From Methanobacteriota archaeon (GTDB lineage: Archaea > Thermoplasmatota > Thermoplasmata > UBA10834), in assembly GCA_020348345.1 (NCBI GenBank), contig CP070748.1:449210-513209 (forward strand): a DNA stretch of 64,000 nucleotides, written 5' to 3'. Made by a program: the position numbers and the translations under genes. Shown one piece after another: positions 48,980 through 58,417 of this stretch. Under the pieces are notes generated by a model that saw only the letters and a program-made list of their open reading frames with translations, did no database searches and had not been told where the DNA came from. Within the stretch, counting starts at the first letter, position 1; every line of letters begins with the position of its first letter.

Positions 48980-51685
48980 TCACCCCCCTCCTGAATTCGC
49001 GAGGATCTCCGCCGCCTTGGCAGCTGCGCTTGATCCCTGGGCAACGGATTCCGGTATGTCTGCAGGTCCCGCGCAGTACCCAGCAAGATAGACTCCAGGC
49101 ACCTCGCTTCTGCCGAAGTCCAGGATGCTATCGGGGGACTCGAAGAATCCGAACTCAGTCAGCTTCAGCCCGAGCTCCTCGGCCAGCTCGACCGTGTCCT
49201 TCCTTGGGACGAGCGTAGTCGCGAGGACGACCGCGTCGAACTCCTCCGACTGCTGTTTTCCTCCGATATCGAACACGACGACAGGATTGTGCGTTTCAGC
49301 GTTCTCCTGGACGGTCGCGTCGGAGTTGATGTAGCTGACTCCATAATCGCTCTTCGCCCTCTCGACGTACTCGTTGAATCCTTTCGCGCAGGCCCGCATG
49401 TCCTTGTAGAATATCGTCGAATTGATGTCCTCATAGTGCTCTCTGGCGAGCATAGCCTCCTTCGTTGCGTGCATGCAACATACCGCGCAGCAATACGGGT
49501 GCCCAACCTGTGGGTTTCTGGATCCGACGCACTGTATGAACGCCAGCTTCTTCGGATGCTCTCCATCGGACCGTCTGACGATGTGTCCTCCAGTCGGTCC
49601 AGCAGCGTTGATCATGCGCTCATATTCCATAGCTGTGTAGACGTTCGGGTACTTCTTGTAGCCGTACTCCGAGGCGGATGTCGGATCCCATACGTCGAAT
49701 CCTGTTGCGACTATGATTGCCGCAGGGTTCAGCGCCACGGTCTGGTCCTTCATGTTGTAGTCGATGGCGTCCGGTCCGCACGCAGGCGCGCACGCCTCAC
49801 ACTGGGAGCACGGTCCGCAGCTGACGCATCGAGCCGCCTCCTTCAGAGCTTCCTCCTTCGTGAAGATCTTCTCGACCTCTTCGAAAGAGGTTCTGCGCTT
49901 GTCGTCAGGAAGGTGCTGCCTCAGAATCCGTTCGCTCTTCGTAATCTCTCCCTTCATTCTCGCTTTGATGTCCTCAAGGGTGATGACATGCTCGTCCTTT
50001 TCCTCTGGCACCGGCTCGATGCTCTCGCCGTTCAGCATCTTCTCGATGTACAGCGCAGCTTTGTTGCCAGCGCCGAACGCCTCCACAGCCGACGCTGGTC
50101 CCGAAACAGCATCTCCGCCGGCAAATACGCCCTCTACGTTAGTGCTGAGGTTACCCGCGTTCACTTCAAGGGTATTCCATTTCGTAACGGCGAGGTTCTT
50201 TGAGCCCAGAGTGTCAAGATCTGGTGCCTGGCTTACCGCAGGTATGACCGTGTCTACTTCAACCTTGAATTCCGACCCCTCGACAGGCACGGGCCGTGGC
50301 CTGCCGGATTTGTCAGGTTCGCCGAGCTTCATTCGAATGCATTCAATGGATGCGATCTTGCCGTCCTTCCCCTCGATCTTCACCGGCGAAGCGAGGAACT
50401 CGAACTTGACGCCTTCATCTTCCGCGCCCTTTATCTCAGCTGAGATGGCCGGCATCTCGTCCCTGGTTCGGCGGTATATCACTGTTACATCTGAGCCCAT
50501 CCGCAAGGCGGTCCTCGCAGCGTCCATAGCCGCGTTGCCACCGCCTATGACTGCTACCTTTTTGCCGATCTTGACCTGCTCCTTGTCGGCAACTTTGTGA
50601 AGGAAATCCACCCCATGGACGACCCCTTCCAGGTCTTCTCCAGGCACGTCCAGTTTGAGACTCCTGTGAGCTCCTATTGCCAGGAAGACGGCGTCGTATT
50701 CCTTCTTCAGATCATCTAGCGACATGTCCTTGCCAATGGTCTTGCCATACTCGATTTCTATGCCATGCGCAAGCAGGAAGTCGACCTCCGCTTTGAGCAC
50801 GTCTTTTGGAAGGCGATAATCGGGAATACCCCACCAGAGCATCCCACCGGGCTTCGAAGTCGCTTCGAAGATCTTGACTTTAAAACCTTTGAGAGCGAGT
50901 CGGAAGGCCGCTGCCAAACCGGCTGGGCCAGCTCCAACGACCGCCACCTTCTCCTTCCGATCCTCCTCGATCGTGGCCGGCACATCTTCGCCCTGCTCGC
51001 GAACGTAGTCTCCCACGAATGCCTTCAATCCAGCAATGGCCACGGGGTCGTCGACGTCATTTCTGTTGCAGCCCTCTTCACACGGGTGATGGCAAATGCG
51101 TCCACACACGGAGGGTAGGGGTATTGTCCTCCGTATAAGATTCACTGCTTCCTTGAACTTCTCGGCTCGTATGAGCGCCACATATCCCTGCGCGCTCAGC
51201 CCGGCCGGACATTTGTCAGAGCATGGCGCCACACCGGCTCTGTCAATCGTCGCCGCCCTTGGAACTGACTGAAGGAACGGCATGTAGATGGCAGGCCTTT
51301 CCCTCATGTCCATGTCGAACTCATTTGGAAGGCTGACAGGGCAGACCTTGAAACAGTCGCCGCAGCCAGTGCACTTCTCCTCGTCGACGAACCTGGCCTT
51401 CCGGAGCACGTCAACCTTGAAATCCCCAGCCTCCCCGGAGATATTCTTGACCTCCGAGTAGGTCATGACGTTGATGTTGGGGTGCGCGTAGCAGTCCGCC
51501 ATCTTCGGCGCCAGGATGCATATCGAGCAATCGTTCGTAGGGAAAGTCTTGTCCAGCTGTGCCATTCTTCCGCCGATGCTGGGCAGCTTCTCGACCAGGT
51601 CGACCGTGATTCCCTTGTCGGCTAGGTCCAAAGCAGCCTGTATTCCGGCAATTCCGCCTCCGATAACCAATACGGATTTCTTCAA
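48980..51685 (-). CDS. HdrA-like flavoprotein with an inserted GltD/NfnB-type oxidoreductase (N-terminal half of a split HdrL)
   Basis: [16 protein letters not shown]; insert with CGRIC.HPCE, GAGPAG, GIPDYRLP, GGGNAAMD, YRR; then IQCVGSR..CCMHATK. Confidence 0.88.
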   Translation of the reverse strand: MKKSVLVIGGGIAGIQAALDLADKGITVDLVEKLPSIGGRMAQLDKTFPTNDCSICILAPKMADCYAHPNINVMTYSEVKNISGEAGDFKVDVLRKARFVDEEKCTGCGDCFKVCPVSLPNEFDMDMRERPAIYMPFLQSVPRAATIDRAGVAPCSDKCPAGLSAQGYVALIRAEKFKEAVNLIRRTIPLPSVCGRICHHPCEEGCNRNDVDDPVAIAGLKAFVGDYVREQGEDVPATIEEDRKEKVAVVGAGPAGLAAAFRLALKGFKVKIFEATSKPGGMLWWGIPDYRLPKDVLKAEVDFLLAHGIEIEYGKTIGKDMSLDDLKKEYDAVFLAIGAHRSLKLDVPGEDLEGVVHGVDFLHKVADKEQVKIGKKVAVIGGGNAAMDAARTALRMGSDVTVIYRRTRDEMPAISAEIKGAEDEGVKFEFLASPVKIEGKDGKIASIECIRMKLGEPDKSGRPRPVPVEGSEFKVEVDTVIPAVSQAPDLDTLGSKNLAVTKWNTLEVNAGNLSTNVEGVFAGGDAVSGPASAVEAFGAGNKAALYIEKMLNGESIEPVPEEKDEHVITLEDIKARMKGEITKSERILRQHLPDDKRRTSFEEVEKIFTKEEALKEAARCVSCGPCSQCEACAPACGPDAIDYNMKDQTVALNPAAIIVATGFDVWDPTSASEYGYKKYPNVYTAMEYERMINAAGPTGGHIVRRSDGEHPKKLAFIQCVGSRNPQVGHPYCCAVCCMHATKEAMLAREHYEDINSTIFYKDMRACAKGFNEYVERAKSDYGVSYINSDATVQENAETHNPVVVFDIGGKQQSEEFDAVVLATTLVPRKDTVELAEELGLKLTEFGFFESPDSILDFGRSEVPGVYLAGYCAGPADIPESVAQGSSAAAKAAEILANSGGG

Positions 51686-51846
51686 TCAAAAACCCCCTTC
51701 TCAAATCTCATGTTCATTCGCATTTGCATTGTGCCTACTGCAATCAACGAACCCCTTTTGCCTTTGCGGTATTGAGTCTCTTCTTTTATGTGTTTCGTTT
51801 GGCCATTGGCGAATCTTGTGCGATGAACGCTTCGCGAATCGCCTCG

Positions 51847-53442
51847 TCATTCCAACGCCTCCGCAATCGCCACGCTGAGGTCCTTGATCTTGATGTCCAC
51901 CTGCTCCTTCGGTATCCCTTCGAGCTTGTTGTCTCGAGCGCAAGCCAGATGAATCAGGCACTTGTAACATCCCGTGACAAGGCAGTCCGCTCCCGTCTTC
52001 TTGGCCTCCTTAAGCCTCTCCACCTGCAGCTTGCGCGCGATATCGTCACACGTTGCCCAGGAGCTTACCCCGCAGCAGGTTGCCTTGTCCTTCGTGTTCT
52101 CCATCTCCACTACGTCGGCTCCGAAGCCCTTCATGGCGTTCCTGGGCGAGTCGTAGATCCCCAGGTGTCTGCCCAGTCGGCAAGAGTCCTGGAAGGTCAG
52201 CTTGTCGGCACCTTTCTTGAACTTCAGTTTTCCATCCTGGATCAGGTCGTCCACGAACTCGGATACGTGGGTCATCTCGAATTCGAAGTCACCCATAAAG
52301 TCCTGATAGTCCATGTCGAAGGTTCTCATGCATTCAGGGCAGGAGAACACGACGGTCTTCGCTCCGGAGGCCTTGATGAGCTCTACATTCCTCTTCATCA
52401 GCTTCTGCAGCCCCTCCTCGTCGCCAGTCCAGTTGAGATCATGCCCGCAGCACACCTCATCGTTGCTGACAACAGGGGTTATGCCTGCACTGTTCATTAT
52501 CTTGACCACAGACTGAGGTATGCCAGCGAGGTTGAGCTCTCTGTCGCGGAAGATAGCATCGAAATACGACACGCATCCAGTGAAGTAGAAGACATCACCC
52601 TTGTCCGCCACCTTCAACTCTGGTGTGAGCCATCCCAGTCTGTCTTGCTTGAAATCTCCGTGTGCCTGGAATCGCATCATTCCCTGCAGGAGTCCACCCT
52701 GACTGCATGCGGGCGTTGCCTCGTTGGCCGCCGCCTCGGTCCTCAATCCTCTGATGAAGCCAGAGTAGTCCACTTTGTACGGGCACATCGAGTTGCACTG
52801 TTCACATGTTATGCAGGTCCAGATATCGTTGCTGGCAACGATGGAATCGGCCTGTCCTTCCGTCGCCTTCAGCACAATCGTTCTGGGGGCGAACTCGGGG
52901 TTGTACTTGGCAACGGGACATACGGTCGTGCACTTGCCGCACTCGACGCAGTCGAAAGCCCCAGTGTCCTCGACGAGGCGATCGACGCTGGGCTTGAGTT
53001 TGGCGGGATCGTAGGTCTTCTTCGGAAGCTTTGGTATCGGGTTGGGGCCTAGCTCTCGTATGCTATCCGTGAATTCCTTCATCGTCGAGGCGAACTTCTG
53101 ACCCTCCGAGGCGGAGATCCATTCCAATCTCATACGGGCCCTGCCTATGCCGACCACGTCCAGCAGGTCCTGTGTGGCCTTCATTCTCTTTTCCGCTTCG
53201 ACGTTTCCGGATATGTAATGACAGTCACCTATGTGGCATCCAGCCACGAGTACGCCATCCGCACCCAGCTCGAGCGCCCTCAGAACAAAGTACGGCTCCA
53301 CCCTTCCAGAGCACATCACCCGGATGATGCGCGCGTTTGGAGGATACTGCATTCTGCTGACCCCTGCCAAGTCCGCGCCGGCGTACGAGCACCAGTTGCA
53401 GCAGAAGGCTACGATGTTCGGCTCGAATTTCTCGCCAGTCAT
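51847..53442 (-). CDS. MvhD-HdrD (2x[4Fe-4S] + two CCG domains) fusion (MvhD copy 2)
   Basis: [15 protein letters not shown]; CVECGKC..CP, CITCEQC..CP; VCCG/CPEC and TCCG/CYKC. Confidence 0.88.
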   Translation of the reverse strand: MTGEKFEPNIVAFCCNWCSYAGADLAGVSRMQYPPNARIIRVMCSGRVEPYFVLRALELGADGVLVAGCHIGDCHYISGNVEAEKRMKATQDLLDVVGIGRARMRLEWISASEGQKFASTMKEFTDSIRELGPNPIPKLPKKTYDPAKLKPSVDRLVEDTGAFDCVECGKCTTVCPVAKYNPEFAPRTIVLKATEGQADSIVASNDIWTCITCEQCNSMCPYKVDYSGFIRGLRTEAAANEATPACSQGGLLQGMMRFQAHGDFKQDRLGWLTPELKVADKGDVFYFTGCVSYFDAIFRDRELNLAGIPQSVVKIMNSAGITPVVSNDEVCCGHDLNWTGDEEGLQKLMKRNVELIKASGAKTVVFSCPECMRTFDMDYQDFMGDFEFEMTHVSEFVDDLIQDGKLKFKKGADKLTFQDSCRLGRHLGIYDSPRNAMKGFGADVVEMENTKDKATCCGVSSWATCDDIARKLQVERLKEAKKTGADCLVTGCYKCLIHLACARDNKLEGIPKEQVDIKIKDLSVAIAEALE

Positions 53443-56400
53443 GTTTTCACCTCCTGCTCGGGCTCCTCGTCTGCAAGTGCCGCCTCTATCATCGTGATGA
53501 TCTGGTCGGATCTGAAGTGCTTCGGTCGAATGGCTCTCGTACAACACTCGACCGCGCATGAGCCGCAGCCTTTGCAGAGAGCCTCCTTGATTCGCGATTT
53601 GAACACTCCGGGCGAGATCTCCTCCACGACCGGGGCTCCGTATTCACAGATGTCCTCGCACCTTCCGCAACCGATGCATTTGTCCTCATCCACGACGCTG
53701 ACGACGCCTTCGGCCTCGATGAACGGCCTTGACAGCACTGTGTTCACTCTGGCTGCTGCCGCGAGCGCCTGCGATATGCTCTCATCGATCAGTCTCGGTG
53801 AGTGGGCGAGACCGCAGAGGAAGATTCCATCGGTGGCAAAATCAACAGGCCTCAGTTTCATATGAGCTTCGAGGAAGAAGCCCTCCCTGTTCTGGGGTAT
53901 CTTCAGAAGCTGCGCCAGATCCTTATTGTCTGGGTTAGGATGGACCGCCGCGTTCAGAACCAGATAGTCAGGTTTGAGTGCAATTCTCTCCTCGATGAAC
54001 TTCTCGTCAATATCTATCTCGAGATCGTCTCCGTTTGCTTTCACTTTCGGAGGCGACTCTGGGTCGAACCTGAGGAACCTGACTCCGAGGCGCGCAGCTT
54101 CGTTGTAGTTCTCCTCAGCGAACCCATAGGTACGTATGTCTCTGAACAGCACGAACACCTCAGTTTCGGGGTGCTCTCTCTTGATCTTCAGAGCGTTAGC
54201 CATCGCGGTTGAGCAACAGATGCGGGAGCAGTTTGGGTGCTCGTCGTTCCTTGATCCCACGCATTGGATGATCACGACGCTTCTGGCGTCAAACTCGCCG
54301 CTGGCAAGCATCTTCCCCAGATCGGTTTGTCTGATGACCTTCGGGTGTTTGCCATACAGGTACTCCTCGGGCTCGTATTCTATAGCTCCAGTCGCCACTA
54401 CGATCGCGCCGTGTTCTATCTTCTCCCCGCTCTTAAGAGTGGTTTCGAAGTTGCCTATGTATCCCTTGACCTCTTCGACGGTATCTTCCAGATGCACTTT
54501 GATCTTCTCGTGTTCCCGAACTTCCTTCTTCAGGCTGGCAAGCGTTTCCCGGGGGTCAACGCCAGAAAGGGTGCTGAATATCGTCCTCAGATGTCCACCC
54601 AGCTCCTTGTCCTTCTCGACCAGGTGAACCTCGTATCCTGCTTTGGCAATCTCTAGTGCGGAGGTCATCCCGCTGAGCCCTCCTCCAATGACCAACGCGG
54701 CGGGTGTGACCGGTATCTTGGGTTGTGGCAACGGTTCAAGTTTGCTCGATTTGGCCACCGCCATCCTCACCAGGTCCTTCGCCTTCTTAGTTGCCGCCTC
54801 GGGTTCCATCCGGTGAACCCAAGAGCACTGGTCTCGTATGTTCGCCATCTCGAACAGGTACTTGTTCAGACCAGCCTCCCTCACCGTGTTCTGAAACAAC
54901 GGCTCGTGCGTCCGCGGTGTGCAGCTCGCGACGACCACTCTGTTGAGATCATGCTCTTCGATTATCTCCTTGATCTTCTTCTGGGTGTCCTGGGAGCAAG
55001 TGTAGAGATTGGCCTCTGCGTAGACCACGCCGGGAAGGCTTGATGCGTACTTCATTACCTCAGGCACGTTGACGACCGCGCCGATATTGATGCCGCAATG
55101 ACAGACGAACACGCCTATGCGAGGCTCCTGACCTTCCAGATTCTTCTCCTCGGGGTATTCCTTCTTGGTGACCAGCTTTCCTCTCTGATCGGCCAGCAAC
55201 GCCGCAACCTTGCCCGCTGCGCCGCTTGCCTGGGCCACTGAGTCGGGGATGTCCTTCGGGCCCGAGAACGCTCCGCAGACGTAGATGCCAGGCGAAGTGC
55301 AGTCGACCGGTGACAGCTCATCAGTCTCACAGAAGCCGTAGCTGTTCATCTTGATACCCAGCATCTTGGCAAGCTGACGTGCCATCTCAGGAGGCTTCGC
55401 GCCGGCAGACAGAACAACCATGTCGAAGGATTCCTCGCTTATGTCAGCATCGTCTATGAAGCTGAGCAAGAGATCGTCGGTTTCATGACTCTGCTGAACC
55501 TTCGATATTCGGTTGTTCCTAAGAATTCTGACACCGTACTCAGTCTCCGCCCGATGAAGGTACTCTTCGAATTCCTTCCCGAACGCGCGCGTATCCATGA
55601 AGAACATGGTCGTTTTGAGTCCAGGCACGTGTTCCTGGGCTATCACAGCCTGTTTGAGGGCTGCCATGCAGCAATACGAAGAGCAGTAAGTGTTCGGTGT
55701 CTGCGCGTCTCGTGAGCCGACGCATTGAATGAACGCTATCTTCTGTGGAACGTCGCCATCCGATGGGCGGATCACATGCCCCTCCGTAGGTCCAGAGGCG
55801 CTCAACATTCGCTCGAACTCTATGTTGCTTACCACATTAGGGTAGACGCCATGGCCGTATGCGTTCTTCTTTGACGCATCGAAGACCTCATAGCCAGTGG
55901 CGAGGATGATCGCTCCGACCTCTATGGTCTCGTCGACCGTCGAGTCCATGCTGTATTCGATTGCGCCGGCCTCGCAGAACTTCTCGCATATGCCACAGCC
56001 GATACAGAGGCCCTTGTCAATCGTGTATATCAAGGGCACTGCCTGAGGAAAGGGGACATAGACCGCCTTTGCAGGTGCGAGATCTCTGTCGAATGAGTTG
56101 GCGCCTTCGATAGGACAGTGTTCCGCGCACACACCGCAGCCAGTGCACTTCTCCTCGACTATGAAGCGCTGGTGCCTTGTGATTGTGACATTGAACTTGC
56201 CCGCCTCTCCTTCTACATTCTTCAGTTCGGCGTTGGTGATGAGGGTGATGTTCTCGTGCCTGCCCGTTGCCACAAGCTTCGGGGACAGAATGCACATGGA
56301 ACAGTCGTTCGTCGGAAAGGTCTTGTCCAGCTGCGCCATCGTTCCGCCGATGCTCGGCGTGGTCTCCAATAGATAGACTTTGTATCCTGATTCCGCGAGG

Positions 56401-56474
56401 TCCAATGCGGCCTGCATGCCCGCTGGTCCTCCTCCCACGACCAGGGCCGCGCCGACGAGTTCGTTATCCGCCAT
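53439..56474 (-). CDS. hdrA: Tandem (double-FAD) HdrA-like flavoprotein, 1011 aa
   Basis: Same architecture as 43230-46271, with shared identical DNA stretches (e.g. 44911-44930 = 55111-55130). Confidence 0.9.
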   Translation of the reverse strand: MADNELVGAALVVGGGPAGMQAALDLAESGYKVYLLETTPSIGGTMAQLDKTFPTNDCSMCILSPKLVATGRHENITLITNAELKNVEGEAGKFNVTITRHQRFIVEEKCTGCGVCAEHCPIEGANSFDRDLAPAKAVYVPFPQAVPLIYTIDKGLCIGCGICEKFCEAGAIEYSMDSTVDETIEVGAIILATGYEVFDASKKNAYGHGVYPNVVSNIEFERMLSASGPTEGHVIRPSDGDVPQKIAFIQCVGSRDAQTPNTYCSSYCCMAALKQAVIAQEHVPGLKTTMFFMDTRAFGKEFEEYLHRAETEYGVRILRNNRISKVQQSHETDDLLLSFIDDADISEESFDMVVLSAGAKPPEMARQLAKMLGIKMNSYGFCETDELSPVDCTSPGIYVCGAFSGPKDIPDSVAQASGAAGKVAALLADQRGKLVTKKEYPEEKNLEGQEPRIGVFVCHCGINIGAVVNVPEVMKYASSLPGVVYAEANLYTCSQDTQKKIKEIIEEHDLNRVVVASCTPRTHEPLFQNTVREAGLNKYLFEMANIRDQCSWVHRMEPEAATKKAKDLVRMAVAKSSKLEPLPQPKIPVTPAALVIGGGLSGMTSALEIAKAGYEVHLVEKDKELGGHLRTIFSTLSGVDPRETLASLKKEVREHEKIKVHLEDTVEEVKGYIGNFETTLKSGEKIEHGAIVVATGAIEYEPEEYLYGKHPKVIRQTDLGKMLASGEFDARSVVIIQCVGSRNDEHPNCSRICCSTAMANALKIKREHPETEVFVLFRDIRTYGFAEENYNEAARLGVRFLRFDPESPPKVKANGDDLEIDIDEKFIEERIALKPDYLVLNAAVHPNPDNKDLAQLLKIPQNREGFFLEAHMKLRPVDFATDGIFLCGLAHSPRLIDESISQALAAAARVNTVLSRPFIEAEGVVSVVDEDKCIGCGRCEDICEYGAPVVEEISPGVFKSRIKEALCKGCGSCAVECCTRAIRPKHFRSDQIITMIEAALADEEPEQEVKT

Positions 56475-56476
56475 CG

Positions 56477-56920
56477 TTATGCACTCTCCTCAGCAATAGG
56501 GCCCAGCGTCTGTAGTTCAGCGACCATCTTCTTCACGACGTCGGCGAACTTCTGACCCTCCGAGCCCGCAATCCATTCCACTCTGAACCTCTGCGGCTCC
56601 AGGCCCGCATCCTCAAGGAACTCCGAAAGAAAGATCCCCCTCATGGCCGTCTTCTCATTGCCGTTGATGTAGTGACAGTCAGAGGGATGACATCCGGCGA
56701 CGATGACGCCGTCTGCCCCCAGCGAGAACGCCTTGAGAACAAATGCCGGATCGACTCTCCCGGAGCACATGACCCTGATGATTCTGACGTTTGCAGGATA
56801 CTGAAGCCTCGTCGTACCTGCTAAATCCGCACCAGCATATGAACACCAATTGCAGCAGAAGGCTACGATTTTCGGCTCAAAGGCGGGGTGCTCCATCTCC
56901 GGGTTCGTCCCCTCTTCCAT
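56477..56920 (-). CDS. mvhD: MvhD [2Fe-2S] subunit (copy 1)
   Basis: [24 protein letters not shown]; ATG 2 nt after the hdrB stop. Confidence 0.93.
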   Translation of the reverse strand: MEEGTNPEMEHPAFEPKIVAFCCNWCSYAGADLAGTTRLQYPANVRIIRVMCSGRVDPAFVLKAFSLGADGVIVAGCHPSDCHYINGNEKTAMRGIFLSEFLEDAGLEPQRFRVEWIAGSEGQKFADVVKKMVAELQTLGPIAEESA

Positions 56921-56922
56921 GG

Positions 56923-57840
56923 CTAGGTCCCCCTGAGCTTCCTGAGGAATGAGTGTGCTGATACGTGATGAGTGTCGAAGCCCAGAGAGATCGGATCGAT
57001 CCCCATTGCCAGGGCCTGGAACTGCGAGACATGCATCACCGGAATCCCTTCCTTTGTGAAGGACTTCTGCGCGTTGTCGAACTGAAGGAGGCAGAACGGG
57101 CAGCCTGTGACGATGCAGTCGGCCCCCGCGTCGGCTATGTTCCTGCACTTGTCCTCGGTGAGCGAATTGGCCAAGTCCACAACGTGGGACCGCACGCCCC
57201 CGCCCGCTCCGCAACAGTCCAATCGATCCTCGTACTCGACGCTCGTTGCGCCACATGTCTCGACGATCTTGTCGATGTTGACGGGGTCGTTGGGGTCGTC
57301 GATGGTTTGGTTCTCGGTAGGTCTTAGGTAATGGCAGCCGTAGTGCACGGCAGCTCTTATGTTCTTGAGAGGACGTTTCGCGTGTTCGGCGATGCTCTCC
57401 AGGCCGACGTCGTTGATCATGAGGTCTACGTAATGCCGCACCTTCACCGGCTCCATTATGCGCCGCCGCCCCTCAGTCTTCCTCGGAATGCCGGTGTACT
57501 TCCTGCCTATCTGAGAGAGAACTCTGTTCACCTTGCCGAGATTCTTCGGATCCGTGAGGTATTCGGTCGCCTTCAGGAGGGACGTAAGGCAGCCGTTGCA
57601 GACGGTGAGGATCTCCCTCCGCTCGTTCTGGGCGAGCGTCAGATTGCGAGCCGCCAGAAGGAGCCATGTGTTCTTGTCGGACGAGTAGAAGATGCCAGGT
57701 ACAGGACAGCAAGAGAACTCCTTGATGTCCTCAACGTCCAGGTTGAACCCGTCGCTTCCGCAGACCCATCTCACGGCATATTCGATGCCTGGATACCTGT
57801 TTGGTATTATGCATCCGAAGAAATACGCGTACTGGCTCAA
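56923..57840 (-). CDS. hdrB: Heterodisulfide reductase subunit B
   Basis: FFGC, SCCP, CNGC, HYGCH, CCGAGGG, CPFC. Confidence 0.93.
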   Translation of the reverse strand: MSQYAYFFGCIIPNRYPGIEYAVRWVCGSDGFNLDVEDIKEFSCCPVPGIFYSSDKNTWLLLAARNLTLAQNERREILTVCNGCLTSLLKATEYLTDPKNLGKVNRVLSQIGRKYTGIPRKTEGRRRIMEPVKVRHYVDLMINDVGLESIAEHAKRPLKNIRAAVHYGCHYLRPTENQTIDDPNDPVNIDKIVETCGATSVEYEDRLDCCGAGGGVRSHVVDLANSLTEDKCRNIADAGADCIVTGCPFCLLQFDNAQKSFTKEGIPVMHVSQFQALAMGIDPISLGFDTHHVSAHSFLRKLRGT

Positions 57841-58415
57841 GTCTTCACCTCGCTCTCAATACCGATGAGCTTATCGTAGCCCGTCGAGCGCACGAGCAGA
57901 TTGATCTCCCGCACAACCTTCGCGTATTCCTTGTCGCGCGAGGGCATGTCCACAAGCTCGAGCTCCCTCCTGACTCGCTCGATTTCAGGATCGGGCTTTA
58001 CGCTCTGACCGTACTTGAGCAGGTTCGATGCGGCCATCTTTATGAACGGAGGTATGACTCCCTCCTTGATCGCGATGTGTCTCAGCGCTATCATCACCTC
58101 AGCAGGGTTGATGTCCGCGGGACAGTGTTCGTAACATCTGTAGCACGTGGCGCAGACCCATCGAGTTTCAAGCGTGAACTTCTTCAGCCCGAACTGGCAG
58201 AACTTGATGATACTCCTGGTCTTGTAATCGATCTTGAGGCTTATCGGACACACGCCGGTGCAATTGCCGCACTGAAGGCATGTCATCACATCCTTGCCTC
58301 CATGCTTCACAATCTCCTTGGCGAAATCCGGTTCCAGCTGAGATTCATCAATGACTCTGTCTTCAACCAGCTTCTCGCGCAGACCGCTGATGAAGGTCTT
58401 CTCCACCTCTCCCAT
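57837..58415 (-). CDS. hdrC: Heterodisulfide reductase subunit C
   Basis: CLQCGNCTGVCP, WVCATCYRCYEHCP. Confidence 0.92.
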   Translation of the reverse strand: MGEVEKTFISGLREKLVEDRVIDESQLEPDFAKEIVKHGGKDVMTCLQCGNCTGVCPISLKIDYKTRSIIKFCQFGLKKFTLETRWVCATCYRCYEHCPADINPAEVMIALRHIAIKEGVIPPFIKMAASNLLKYGQSVKPDPEIERVRRELELVDMPSRDKEYAKVVREINLLVRSTGYDKLIGIESEVKT

Positions 58416-58417
58416 CT

